A stretch of DNA of 64,000 nucleotides from NCBI GenBank assembly GCA_030603385.1, contig JAUVXW010000002.1, positions 64,001 through 128,000 of the forward strand, given 5' to 3'. Shown one piece after another: positions 9,489-19,534 of the stretch. The position numbers were made by a program, and so were the translations under genes. How positions within the stretch are numbered: position 1 is the stretch's first letter; every line of letters begins with the position of its first letter. Under the pieces are notes generated by a model. That model did no database searches, was not told where the DNA came from, and saw only the letters and a program-made list of their open reading frames with translations. The stretch comes from Promethearchaeota archaeon. GTDB taxonomy: Archaea > Asgardarchaeota > Lokiarchaeia > Sigyniarchaeales > SOKP01.

Positions 9489-10496
9489 TTGAAAATGGCA
9501 AAAGTTATTTTTATTTCTAAAAGTGATGTTCGAGATGCTTGGTTATCTGCTATTGGTCAAGTTTTATACCGCGGTGATGATATAAAAACAGAATATGACA
9601 AGGCAGAGGATCTTCCTTCCAAAGATGCTACTGTGTTAATTGAAATTAAAGAACCGTTAAGTAATCCTATAATGCGTAAGGATAAAGTCATGAAGATAAG
9701 ATCAAAGTTCGGAAATTCTTATGAGGTTTATGGTAGTATGGCAGATACTTATTTAATTGGTTCTATTCAGAGCGGTTATATCGAAGAAATTATGGAAGGC
9801 GTTAATGATCATTTTTTATTTGAATCTGGTGTAAGCTTTCCATATTCTTATCATGACAGAATATTTAATTATGCTCCTTTTTCTCTTGAGGATTCTATCC
9901 ATAGAAATTATAATTTAGGATTTGTAGATAATGAGTTTGTTAAAAAACACAAAAAGTTGTTAAAAGCAGAGAAAATTAAAAGCACTGCTGAATCTGTTAT
10001 TTGGAAATTAAACAATGGAATTGAATTTGATTTAGATAAAACAATCTCAGAGCAAATAACAATCGATAAAGTTCCTATAGCTACTTTGAATTTTCCAAGA
10101 ATTAACCAAATGGAATATATAGTTCAAAAATTAAAGGAATCGCCATATTCCCGCAGAGCACAGGCTATTACTTGGCGTCCGCTAGTAGATCCTTATCACG
10201 TTGATCCTCCTTGTCTTCAGAGAATTTTTATGCGAATAAAAGATGGAAAATTAATTATGCAAACAACTTGGAGAAGTCGAGATCTATTCCGAGCATGGGA
10301 AGCAAACGTAAACGGTATGATAAGAATTCAAAAAGATATAGCAGATAAACTAGGGGTTGAAATGGGACATTATTTAGATTTCAGCAATTCTCTTCATATT
10401 TATGGCAGCACAATATCTGAAGTAAAGGATATGTTATATCGTATGAAAGTTAAAGGGGAACAATTTCCTGAAGAAATTGCCGATTTAATACAATAG
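9489..10496 (+). CDS. thyA: Archaeal-type thymidylate synthase with insertion
   Basis: SRRA, DPPCL (catalytic Cys), RSRD, ANV, SLHIY. Confidence 0.88.
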   Translation: MKMAKVIFISKSDVRDAWLSAIGQVLYRGDDIKTEYDKAEDLPSKDATVLIEIKEPLSNPIMRKDKVMKIRSKFGNSYEVYGSMADTYLIGSIQSGYIEEIMEGVNDHFLFESGVSFPYSYHDRIFNYAPFSLEDSIHRNYNLGFVDNEFVKKHKKLLKAEKIKSTAESVIWKLNNGIEFDLDKTISEQITIDKVPIATLNFPRINQMEYIVQKLKESPYSRRAQAITWRPLVDPYHVDPPCLQRIFMRIKDGKLIMQTTWRSRDLFRAWEANVNGMIRIQKDIADKLGVEMGHYLDFSNSLHIYGSTISEVKDMLYRMKVKGEQFPEEIADLIQ

Positions 10497-10507
10497 AACC
10501 TTCTTTT

Positions 10508-11272
10508 TTAAAATATTTTTGGAAAGATTAATTTAGTATTTTCATAGATTTGATTTTCCAAATCATCAGGGGGAATGTCTTTAAATTTTGAAATTGTGTT
10601 TAAAACATCTCTAATCATTGCAGGAGTTCCATCTTTTCCTGAATATTTAACAGGTCCATCGCTTTCAAGCAAGAGATGTTCTACATCAACTCTTAAAACT
10701 GTTTTTTTCACTGCAGGAGAATAACTAATTGCTGGAGTAATTGAGAAAAAGTATCCTCTATCTATTCCTAAATTTAAAAATTCTTCTGGTCCTGAATACC
10801 AATGAATATTAACATAAGGTATATTAAATGAAGGGAGCATATCAAATACTAATTTTTCAGCTCCCTTTGTGTGGAGATTCACAGGTAATTCTAACTCTTG
10901 AGCTAACGATAACATTTTTTCAAAAATATTTGTTTGAAGTGGATAAAACACCTTTTCTTTTATAAAATGATGATCTAATCCTATTTCACCAATAGAACAT
11001 ATATTTTCTTTATTTTCTCTAATTGTTTTAATGACAGAATCTAGTTGATTTTCAATATCCTTATTCATTCTTACTTCTTCAGGGTGAATACCTAAAGCAG
11101 GATAAATTTCTTTATGTCTCTCTGAAATTTCTAATACTCTTTCAATGCTAACAGCACTCATTCCAACAGCAATAATCTTTTCTACCCCTACACTTTTAGC
11201 GTCCTTAATTACTTGTTCTAACGCTAAGTAAAGATTCGCATGACAATGAACATCAATTAGGATATTTAGCAC
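10508..11272 (-). CDS. tatD: TatD-family DNase
   Basis: DVHCH, GIHP, GEIGLD, LHT, IHWYSG, LLESDGP. Confidence 0.93.
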   Translation of the reverse strand: MLNILIDVHCHANLYLALEQVIKDAKSVGVEKIIAVGMSAVSIERVLEISERHKEIYPALGIHPEEVRMNKDIENQLDSVIKTIRENKENICSIGEIGLDHHFIKEKVFYPLQTNIFEKMLSLAQELELPVNLHTKGAEKLVFDMLPSFNIPYVNIHWYSGPEEFLNLGIDRGYFFSITPAISYSPAVKKTVLRVDVEHLLLESDGPVKYSGKDGTPAMIRDVLNTISKFKDIPPDDLENQIYENTKLIFPKIF

Positions 11273-11313
11273 CTCTAAATATATGATATAATTAATTTAA
11301 AAAGTAGCATAAT

Positions 11314-11652
11314 TTACATTGAATTTATCGCTTCTCGTACTAGAGCGATTTTTTTTACTAATTCAAATTTTTTTCTCCGATTATAATCTGAAGAGTCTAA
11401 ATGGTCTTGAAGAGTTTCTAACTCCTTTAATAAATAGTTCTTAAGATCTTTTTTAGTAAAATGTCCTATATGTTCAGGAAGAGGTTCAATTTTAGCTGCT
11501 CTCTTTAGCCTTAAATCAGAAATAGCTTTTGCTAGTTGGGCTTGAAAACCTCTAGCCTTGTTTGGATCAACATCTCCTAATGTATCAAGAGAAGTTGTTA
11601 AACCATCAATAAATGCTTCTAAATCTTCTATTTCAATTGTATCACTGGGCAT
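11314..11652 (-). CDS. Hypothetical helical protein
   Basis: 112-aa ORF with ATG start. Confidence 0.6.
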   Translation of the reverse strand: MPSDTIEIEDLEAFIDGLTTSLDTLGDVDPNKARGFQAQLAKAISDLRLKRAAKIEPLPEHIGHFTKKDLKNYLLKELETLQDHLDSSDYNRRKKFELVKKIALVREAINSM

Positions 11653-11783
11653 TTGAAAACTTAGAATTTGTAAATGTCTTTTTTTTATAAATTCTAGAAG
11701 GAACTTTGATATTTATTATTGTTTATTCTACTTTAACCTAAATGTAAAATGATAAATTTAATTTAATTTTCATTTTCAATTCT

Positions 11784-11978
11784 TTATTTTGGGATTAACA
11801 TTGGAACAGATTTTTTGTAATCTTCATAATCTTTACCGAATTCTCTTATTAATTCCTTTTCTTCTTTCCATGACATTAAATAAATTAAGAAAATAATGAG
11901 TGGGGTAGTTAACAGAGAATAGAAAGAGGAGAGCAGAAATGAAATACTAAATTGCTTTATAAATGTATTAGTATACAG
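11784..11978 (-). pseudogene. 3' remnant of an isoprenylcysteine carboxyl methyltransferase/PEMT-family gene
   Basis: ...LMSWKEEKELIREFGKDYEDYKKSVPMLIPK* is the family's EExxLxxxFGxxYxxYxxxVP C-terminus; N-terminal part missing. Confidence 0.75.
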
Positions 11979-12120
11979 TTATTAACTAAAATTGATAAAA
12001 CCACATTTTAAGTTTGAGTTAATATGCAAAACTCTTTAGTTCAATCATTTTTTTTATAATTATATTTAAAATGAGTTAAGAACTAACTTAAGTATTATTA
12101 GAAGATTAAAAGGTGAAATA

Positions 12121-14028
12121 TTGCCAATAATTCCGAATAAGGATATCTACAATTTACTAAAAAAATATAATAAAAAGCAAGTTACTGTTGATAAGGCTAT
12201 AAAAGACTATATTAAACCAGGAAATCGAATTTTCATTGATTCTGGATGTGCAGAACCAATAGATCTTACTAAAAAATTAATTGAACTAGGACCACAGCTT
12301 CCTGATGTGGAGATTTTACATTTTCTTAGTTTGAGTGATCTTGATTATTATGAAACGGCAGGAGGGATAGAGGATTTATTTAGGCATAATGCGTTTTTTA
12401 TTGGAAAATCGCTTCGCAAATATGTAAGCGCAGGTCAAGCAGATTATACTCCTATGTTATTATCTGAGATTCCAAAGTTATTCAAATCGGGTAAAATTCA
12501 TTTAGATACAGCTCTTTTACAGTTTAGTCCTCCAGATAGATATGGTTTTTGTAGTTATGGTATTAATGTAGATATTGCCAAACCAATTGCAGAATCTACT
12601 GAAATTATCGTAGCTGAAATAAATCCCAAGATGCCACGCACATTAGGAGATTCTTTTATTCATATGAATGATATTGACGCTTTTATTGTCTCAAATCACG
12701 ATATAATTGAATATAATTATGGTGAACTTGATGAAACGGCAATTAAGATTGCTAAATTTGTTTCTTCATTAATCGAAGATGAATCAACTATTCAAATGGG
12801 CATTGGTGTAATTCCTAACGCTGTTACTAACGAGTTAAAGGAAAAAAAAGATTTAGGTGTTCACAGTGAGGTGTTTTCAGATGGAATAGTAGATCTGGTT
12901 GAAGAAGGTGTAGTAACCTGTAAAAAAAAGACTCTACATAAAGACAAAATTATTTGCTCTTTCGTAATGGGCTCAAAAAAGGTATATGATTTTGTAGATG
13001 ATAATCCCATGGTTGAATTCCATCCATGCGATTATACCAATGATCCTTTCATCATCAGTCAGAATAAAAAACAAGTGGCTATAAATGCTGCTCTAAGTGT
13101 TGACTTAACTGGGCAAGTGAACTCTGATTCATTAGGGCATCGATTTTATAGCGGAATTGGGGGTCAAGTCGATTTTGTCAGAGGTGCGGGGAGAGCTGAA
13201 GATGGTAAACCAATCATGACTTTACCATCAACAGCCACTTTAAAAGATGGAACTGTAATATCTCGTATTATGCCTTTCCTACGACCTGGTTCGGGTGTAG
13301 TAATAACAAGGGGTGATATTCATTATGTAGTTACAGAGTGGGGGATCGCTTATCTTTATGGAAAAAGTATAAGAGAAAGAGTTCTTGAGATGATTAACAT
13401 TGCTCATCCAGATTTTCGAGAAGAATTATTAGAACATGCCAAAAAATGGAAATATATCTATTCAGATCAGAAATTGCCTATTTCTATTGATGGAAGGGTA
13501 AGTGTTTATCCAGATAAATATGAAGCGTTTTTACAACTTCAAGATGGAAGAACAATAAAAATCCGTCCAGTTAAACCAACTGATGAAAGAATGATACAAG
13601 AACTTCATTATTCTTTAGATAAGAAAGATAGATATCTAAGATTTTTTACACCCATGAAAGATTTTCGACATAGAAGAATCCAACCAATGGTTAATATCGA
13701 TTATTCAACAGATATGATTTTAATAGGGGAGTACACAGAAAAAGGAGAAGAAAAAATTGTTGCGATGGGAGCATTTCTCAAAGCATACCAACCTTCTGTA
13801 GCTGAATTAGCATTTGTTGTTCACGAGGATTGGAGAGGATTAGGAATAACAAAATACTTACTGAATTACCTTGTTACAATTGGTAAAGAACTTAATTACA
13901 AAACCTTTGGGGGCTCAATTATGTTAGAAAATAAACCTATGCTTCACATTATTAACAGCTCAGGATACTCTCTTAAACTTAAAAAAATTGAGCAAGGAAT
14001 TACTGTGTTCGCATTTGATCTTTCTTAA
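12121..14028 (+). CDS. Acetyl-CoA hydrolase/CoA-transferase fused to a C-terminal GNAT domain
   Basis: QMGIG, GVHSE, SGIGGQVDF, VVTEWG; C-terminal IRPVKPTD..RYLRFF..AELAFVVHEDWRGLG. Confidence 0.9.
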   Translation: MPIIPNKDIYNLLKKYNKKQVTVDKAIKDYIKPGNRIFIDSGCAEPIDLTKKLIELGPQLPDVEILHFLSLSDLDYYETAGGIEDLFRHNAFFIGKSLRKYVSAGQADYTPMLLSEIPKLFKSGKIHLDTALLQFSPPDRYGFCSYGINVDIAKPIAESTEIIVAEINPKMPRTLGDSFIHMNDIDAFIVSNHDIIEYNYGELDETAIKIAKFVSSLIEDESTIQMGIGVIPNAVTNELKEKKDLGVHSEVFSDGIVDLVEEGVVTCKKKTLHKDKIICSFVMGSKKVYDFVDDNPMVEFHPCDYTNDPFIISQNKKQVAINAALSVDLTGQVNSDSLGHRFYSGIGGQVDFVRGAGRAEDGKPIMTLPSTATLKDGTVISRIMPFLRPGSGVVITRGDIHYVVTEWGIAYLYGKSIRERVLEMINIAHPDFREELLEHAKKWKYIYSDQKLPISIDGRVSVYPDKYEAFLQLQDGRTIKIRPVKPTDERMIQELHYSLDKKDRYLRFFTPMKDFRHRRIQPMVNIDYSTDMILIGEYTEKGEEKIVAMGAFLKAYQPSVAELAFVVHEDWRGLGITKYLLNYLVTIGKELNYKTFGGSIMLENKPMLHIINSSGYSLKLKKIEQGITVFAFDLS

Positions 14029-14079
14029 CAGAATCAATTTTATATTTTAAAATCTAGAAATTCATTTCTATAAACGTAT

Positions 14080-14181
14080 GCTCCACTAGAAGAAGTTCTA
14101 AAAATTTTGCAGGGTTTAGGATATAATCGAAAGGCTATAGCATTAAAGAAAATTGCCGATACTGTAAAACCTTTAGTTTAA
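14080..14181 (+). pseudogene. Internal remnant of a MutY-like A/G adenine glycosylase
   Basis: APLEEVLKILQGLGYNRKAIALKKIA matches the MutY EVLxxWxGLGYxxRAxxL motif; isolated fragment. Confidence 0.7.
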
Positions 14182-15495
14182 TTTTTTGTCTTTAAGAATC
14201 TTGGTGATTTTAGCTGCTAATCTTTCTTGTGTTCCCCAATTCCCAAAGGCTAGCCCCTTTGCGATTAAATTTTCAATTTCTTTCTTATAAACTCGACTTA
14301 TCTTCTTAGCAGGTTCTCGTGAAAAAGGTGTTTGGGGCAAGGGGATAAATGAATGGGCATGAATTCTAGCACCTTTTTTTGATAAATTTTTCATCATTTC
14401 AATCGTAAGCTCAATATCCTTATCATCTTCTCCAGGCAATCCAAAAATGAAATCTACATTAATTTTTAGGTTATTTTTTAGTGTAAGATCTACAGCTCTA
14501 TAGATATCTTCAACTGTGTGTCCTCTATGACATAAATCCAGAATTTTTTGGCTACCTGATTGTGCTCCAGTAGTAATATTATCATTATTCCCATATTTTA
14601 AAACCAAATTTAAACTATCTTGATTCACATGTTCTGGCCTTACTTCCGATGGAAAAGTCCCTACAAAGATCCTAGCTTTTTCACCAATAATTTCTCTAAT
14701 GCTGAATAGCAATTTTTCAAGTTTATCTAAGTTTAATGTTTTACCGTCCTCAGATCCATAACTAAATGCATTAGGGGTTATAAATCGTATATCTGTAAGA
14801 TCTCCATAATGATCTTTCAATATTTGAACATATTTGCATATTGTTTCGATACTTCTATGTCTAGGGATAGTGCCTAAAATATAAGGCGTCTGACAAAAGT
14901 AACATACATAGGGACACCCTCTAGTTATTTCAATTGCCCCAAATCGAGTATTTTTAATCGGGAAAGGAGGATATTTGTTTAAGTCAATTAAGCCACGTTT
15001 TCCTGTAGATATATATTCATTATCTTCACTCGTATAGGCAATTCCTCTTATATCACTAATTTTTTCATTAATAATTAGCCCATTCATAAGTTCAATGATT
15101 GTTTCCTCTCCTTCTCCAATTACAACTATATCAAAGCCAATTTTAAGGGTTCCAGAAGGATCTCCCGTTGGATGAGACCCTCCTGCTATAAGTATACACT
15201 TCTTTTGAAACTTACATCTTAGTTTATCTACCAATTCTCGGGTTTCGAAAAATTGAGTTGTGAAGAAAGAAAATGCTACTAGTACTTTATTATAAGATTT
15301 TACTATATCTTTGAGTGTTTCTACAAGTTCATCTTGTGAGCTTAAAAAATAGAAATCCATGCTTTCAAATATCTTATCTGTTTCGAGCGCACCAGCTATA
15401 GCATTTAAACTGTAAAAATTGTGTTTATGATAATAAATTACAAATGCGATTTTTTTCAAGTAGATTTTACCTAGAGCAATCCAATCAATAATCAA
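14173..15495 (-). CDS. B12-binding radical SAM protein (TIGR04013-like)
   Basis: AGGSHPT B12-binding domain, RGCPYVCYFC, FPSEVRPE; real start probably the TTG near 15459. Confidence 0.88.
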   Translation of the reverse strand: MIIDWIALGKIYLKKIAFVIYYHKHNFYSLNAIAGALETDKIFESMDFYFLSSQDELVETLKDIVKSYNKVLVAFSFFTTQFFETRELVDKLRCKFQKKCILIAGGSHPTGDPSGTLKIGFDIVVIGEGEETIIELMNGLIINEKISDIRGIAYTSEDNEYISTGKRGLIDLNKYPPFPIKNTRFGAIEITRGCPYVCYFCQTPYILGTIPRHRSIETICKYVQILKDHYGDLTDIRFITPNAFSYGSEDGKTLNLDKLEKLLFSIREIIGEKARIFVGTFPSEVRPEHVNQDSLNLVLKYGNNDNITTGAQSGSQKILDLCHRGHTVEDIYRAVDLTLKNNLKINVDFIFGLPGEDDKDIELTIEMMKNLSKKGARIHAHSFIPLPQTPFSREPAKKISRVYKKEIENLIAKGLAFGNWGTQERLAAKITKILKDKKLN

Positions 15496-15640
15496 ATATT
15501 ATATAATACAATATTTTTCAAATTAAATTATTCTTTGTGATCTGTTTATGGCTTGAATTTTAAATTCCTATGAATATATATTTTCATTTTTGTATTATTA
15601 TTTTAATAAGCAAAATAAGAATTGAAAAAGTGAGTAATTA

Positions 15641-16108
15641 ATGTTATTGAATGAATTTATTGCCACAGATATAACTGAAATTGGTATTTCTTGGTTTGAT
15701 TTCTATTCTATTGGTCACATCTGCCTTGGAATCGGCCTATTTTTATTCTTTTCATTATTTTACACTATTCCAAAAAGAAAATATGGGACAATTCCAATTT
15801 TTTCTTTACTGTTTGTTTTTATACTCACTATGATTTGTTCTGTAGTTTGGGAAATCGTTGAAAATCTAGTTTTTCTTGATTTAGGATGGAAGTTTGAAGA
15901 TCGAGCTGATAGTTGGCAAAACATCACTACTGATATCTTATTATGTGCTATTGGAGGCCTTGGTACTTGGTTATTTGCCTATATCACGTTTGAAAAGGAA
16001 AAAGGTGCTTTTGCTTATTATACTTTTGGATTAATTGGATTTGGAGTTTGGATTAGCGTTTTCATAGTACTCAGATATTTAACTTTTCAGAATTCTCCAA
16101 TGATTTAA
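15641..16108 (+). CDS. Membrane protein, DUF2585-like
   Basis: DxYSxGH...WExxEN...DSxxNxxxD pattern in TM helices. Confidence 0.6.
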   Translation: MLLNEFIATDITEIGISWFDFYSIGHICLGIGLFLFFSLFYTIPKRKYGTIPIFSLLFVFILTMICSVVWEIVENLVFLDLGWKFEDRADSWQNITTDILLCAIGGLGTWLFAYITFEKEKGAFAYYTFGLIGFGVWISVFIVLRYLTFQNSPMI

Positions 16109-16148
16109 TTAAATTTAACTTATTATTATTTACTATAACCTAGAAAAA

Positions 16149-16916
16149 ATGTTAGATCTTTCCGACTACATAGAATTTCAACAAGGCAACATTCCTCTAA
16201 TACTATCTGTACCACATGGAGGATCATTAGAATGTGAGAACATTCCGAAAAGATCATCGGGAATTTTAGGAATTGATGGTAAAACCATCGAGATTGCTAA
16301 GAAAATAATTGCCTTAATTCAAAATATCTTTAAGAAACAAAATTCTGAAGATAAAATACCATCCTATGTAATTTCTAAAGTCCGTCGAAGTAAAATTGAT
16401 TTAAACCGAGAAGAAACTGAAGCGTATGAGCAGGGATCTTATATTGCTAAGCAAATTTATAAATTTTATCATAAAAAAATTGAAGAAATTGTACGATACA
16501 ACTTGAAAGTATATGAACGTTCGTTGCTTATTGATTTACATGGTTTTGAAAAAGCTAATAGACCACCTGGCTTCCGAGATGTAGACGTGGTTTTAGGAAC
16601 AAATAATTTAGAATCCTTTTACTCTAAAAAAATACCAAAAAAAGATTGGGGAAAGAATATTCGGGGTAAGATTGTTCAAAAATTTCTCGAATTAAATATC
16701 CCTATAGCTCCAAGCCACCCTAAAAGAGGTGAATATGTCTTAACTGGGGGTTATATAACAAAAAAATATGGTGCGTCTCAAATCCCGAAGAGTCAAGCAT
16801 TACAAATTGAATTTTCAGATAGGATAAGAATACAAGAGGAAGAAATAAGGGAAATGGTACTAAATGCACTAGCCAAGATTTTATTTGAGGATTTAAAAGA
16901 TATTAAGAAAGTTTAA
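16149..16916 (+). CDS. N-formylglutamate amidohydrolase family
   Basis: ILSVPHGG, RSKIDLNR, LIDLHG, GGYIT, ALQIE. Confidence 0.85.
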   Translation: MLDLSDYIEFQQGNIPLILSVPHGGSLECENIPKRSSGILGIDGKTIEIAKKIIALIQNIFKKQNSEDKIPSYVISKVRRSKIDLNREETEAYEQGSYIAKQIYKFYHKKIEEIVRYNLKVYERSLLIDLHGFEKANRPPGFRDVDVVLGTNNLESFYSKKIPKKDWGKNIRGKIVQKFLELNIPIAPSHPKRGEYVLTGGYITKKYGASQIPKSQALQIEFSDRIRIQEEEIREMVLNALAKILFEDLKDIKKV

Positions 16917-16929
16917 GGAGAAATAGTTT

Positions 16930-17547
16930 CTAATTGTTTATATCTAAAATTATATTTACAATTCGGTTAATATATTTACTCTTTTGAATCTTACAAATGT
17001 GAGCAACCTTTCTATAATTAAAAGACTCTGCTAATGTATCTAGATAGGAAAGATTATATAAAATTGAGACGTTGTCATTATTCTTCATGAAAAGCATATC
17101 TAATTCTCGCTGAATTTTGTTGTCGCTAATCTTCTTCTTTTTTTTTACCCTTTTATTAATCTCAGTAAGAGCATCATCAAAGTCAATATCCCGTATACTT
17201 GAGATAAGAGAATTCAGCACTATAGCATATAAAACAACGATATCAATGTTATCCGTGTCCTTTAAATTGTGGAATTTGAGTTGTAGATCTTGGTAAATTT
17301 CATTGATATAATTCTCATCTATACCCTTAATTTTTTTGAAGAGATTTAAGAATTGTAGATATTTACCATCGAGAAATAAGTGCAGATTACGATTAAACAG
17401 ATCTTTAAATTTTCTTATAATTTGCCCCGAATTACTTATTTTTACAGAAACTTCAGGTGTTCTGCCAATAATTATATCCTGACCATCTTTGTAAAACTGT
17501 TGATTAATTAAATTATTCGTCGCATCATATAGCTGTTCCAAAATCAT
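16930..17547 (-). CDS. Hypothetical protein
   Basis: 205-aa ORF with ATG start. Confidence 0.6.
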   Translation of the reverse strand: MILEQLYDATNNLINQQFYKDGQDIIIGRTPEVSVKISNSGQIIRKFKDLFNRNLHLFLDGKYLQFLNLFKKIKGIDENYINEIYQDLQLKFHNLKDTDNIDIVVLYAIVLNSLISSIRDIDFDDALTEINKRVKKKKKISDNKIQRELDMLFMKNNDNVSILYNLSYLDTLAESFNYRKVAHICKIQKSKYINRIVNIILDINN

Positions 17548-17991
17548 TCCGATCGCAAATCACCGATAAATAAAATTTTATGTCTGTTCTTAATACAGTT
17601 AGTAAAAATACAATGATTTAATTTTTTGCACTTTTACCTAATTCTTTTCTATTAGTGCTATTAAGGCTTAATAATATAAGAATAATATATTAATGAACTC
17701 CAATTTTTACTAATCGTATCCATAATTTCTAGCAGAAAATGGAAAATGAAATAATGAATCTGTTTATTCAATTTTTTAATCTTGTATAAATGGCTATAGA
17801 TAATTTTTTTTAAAGATGTGCTTTAATATGTTCTAAAAAACATGGAAAAAGAAATATAACCTTTTTATATCATTGTAACCTTTTAATATTGTTATTTTAA
17901 GAAAATATTCAATAAATAACATAATAAAATTATTTACTTTAATAATTTTCAAAATAAAAGAGTAAAATTATATAAAAAGGTTGAAAATAAA

Positions 17992-18423
17992 ATGGTTGAC
18001 GAATCATTATTAAAAGAAATAAAGGCTGCTCAGGATGGAGGCGCGTCCGCGGCTACACCTGATGTTATTGCGAAAATGTTGCAGTTTATGAAAGAAATCT
18101 CGGGGGAAAATGAAGATCTTAAAGAAGAACTTGAGGACATGGAAATTGCCATACAATTAGTCTTCACAGATGCAGACAAAAAGTTCTGGCTCACAGTTAA
18201 AGAAGGTGCTTTAGATTTTGGTGAAGGAGACGTTGAAAATCCTTCATTCACATTATCTTCCACGCTCGAAGTTGGAGCGGGCATTGTGATGGGTGAGGTA
18301 GATGCGACCTCCGCTTATATGGCAGGAGATATCACAGTTGAGGGAAATCTTCAGGATGCGATGGCCTTTCAAGAGATAATTGAACTCTCGCTTGAAGCTT
18401 ACGAAGACCTCATAGAAGATTAG
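17992..18423 (+). CDS. SCP2 sterol/lipid carrier protein
   Basis: GEVDATSAYMAGDITVEGNLQDAMAF. Confidence 0.9.
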   Translation: MVDESLLKEIKAAQDGGASAATPDVIAKMLQFMKEISGENEDLKEELEDMEIAIQLVFTDADKKFWLTVKEGALDFGEGDVENPSFTLSSTLEVGAGIVMGEVDATSAYMAGDITVEGNLQDAMAFQEIIELSLEAYEDLIED

Positions 18424-18579
18424 AGCAAAGAAAAAGACCATCGTAGCAAATTTTTCTTTTTTTTTAAAATTTTAAATTTTAATTTTTTTATAAATAATAG
18501 TCTTAATGTTAAATCTCAAAGTATAATACAATCTAACAAAAAGAATTTATACTAAAACTTTAGTAAGTTTAATTTAGTA

Positions 18580-18689
18580 TGGCGCGGCTAGCGGGATTTG
18601 AACCCGCGTCGCAGGAGTGACAGTCCCGAATGCTTTCCGATAAATAAACAGAATTGTTATACTTAAAGACCGGGCTACACTATAGCCGC
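18580..18689 (-). tRNA. tRNA-Asp(GTC) with a ~33-nt intron in the D-loop; CCA encoded
   Basis: Acceptor GCGGCTA/TAGCCGC, anticodon arm CGGGA-CTGTCAC-TCCTG, T-arm GCGGG-TTCAAAT-CCCGC; intron ~18635-18667 with relaxed BHB. Confidence 0.92.
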
Positions 18690-18846
18690 TAAAAATTTTA
18701 GTTATTTAACTAAAGGAATAAATGAGAATATAAAAATTTTATTCTGAATAGCTTGTTATTACATTGAATAGGAAGATTTATATTTCTTAAAGACGATGTG
18801 GATAATAAGGAATATTTAGGTATAACAGTATAATTTATTTAATATA

Positions 18847-19293
18847 TTGCCACAAGTATATATGCTTGATTCAAAGGGTTTTAGATCGGTTGTACACGAT
18901 TTAGAAAACAATACTGAGGAATTTATTACAGCGTTAGATAGGATTATAAGACATGGGGTAAGTATCATCAAGAATACTGGAGAACTCAGGGAAGAAATCA
19001 TAGATTACGATGATATCTATCAAATTTTAATAACTGATATAAATTTTAACTTTTGGTTTAAAGTATCTAATGGTACAATAATGTACAAAAAGGGGATTAA
19101 TAGAGGGGCTTCATTTAGAGTTAGATATAGAAAAGATATATTTATTAAAATTCTTAAACGGGAAATATATGGAACGGATGCTTATATGAAAGGAAAAATC
19201 AAAGTAGATGGAGATCTGACTCAGGGTTTAAGATTTATTAAGTTATTTAGGATGTTTATAAAATATATTAATAATGGGATAAAAAAGCTTTAG
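18847..19293 (+). CDS. SCP2 sterol-binding domain protein
   Basis: DAYMKGKIKVDGDL. Confidence 0.8.
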   Translation: MPQVYMLDSKGFRSVVHDLENNTEEFITALDRIIRHGVSIIKNTGELREEIIDYDDIYQILITDINFNFWFKVSNGTIMYKKGINRGASFRVRYRKDIFIKILKREIYGTDAYMKGKIKVDGDLTQGLRFIKLFRMFIKYINNGIKKL

Positions 19294-19411
19294 AGCCCGA
19301 CTTTTTCTTTAAACAATTTATTTCTTGCTTATAGCAAACATTTTTTTGAAATAAAGTATGAAAATATTATAAGCTAGTAATTTTATTTTAAAGCATATTC
19401 TCCTAAAACTA

Positions 19412-19513
19412 GGGCCTGTAATCTAGCCTGGATAGGGTGCCCGGCTTCGGATTTCTCTGAAAGAAGAAAAAGAAGAAACTGGGATGTCGCAGGTTCGAAT
19501 CCTGCCTGGCCCA
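19412..19513 (+). tRNA. tRNA-Arg(TCG) with a 27-nt canonical (37/38) intron
   Basis: Anticodon stem CCCGG/CTGGG, loop CT-TCG-G|A; BHB helix CTTC/GAAG; intron 19451-19477; T-arm GCAGG-TTCGAAT-CCTGC. Confidence 0.9.
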
Positions 19514-19534
19514 ATCATAAAATAATTAAATTTT

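Noticed and set aside
9871-10100. Intein in thyA
   Set aside because: Lacks intein splice-junction residues
19412-19513. Reading the tRNA as Pro(CGG)
   Set aside because: The anticodon stem and BHB geometry only work with TCG (Arg) at positions 34-36
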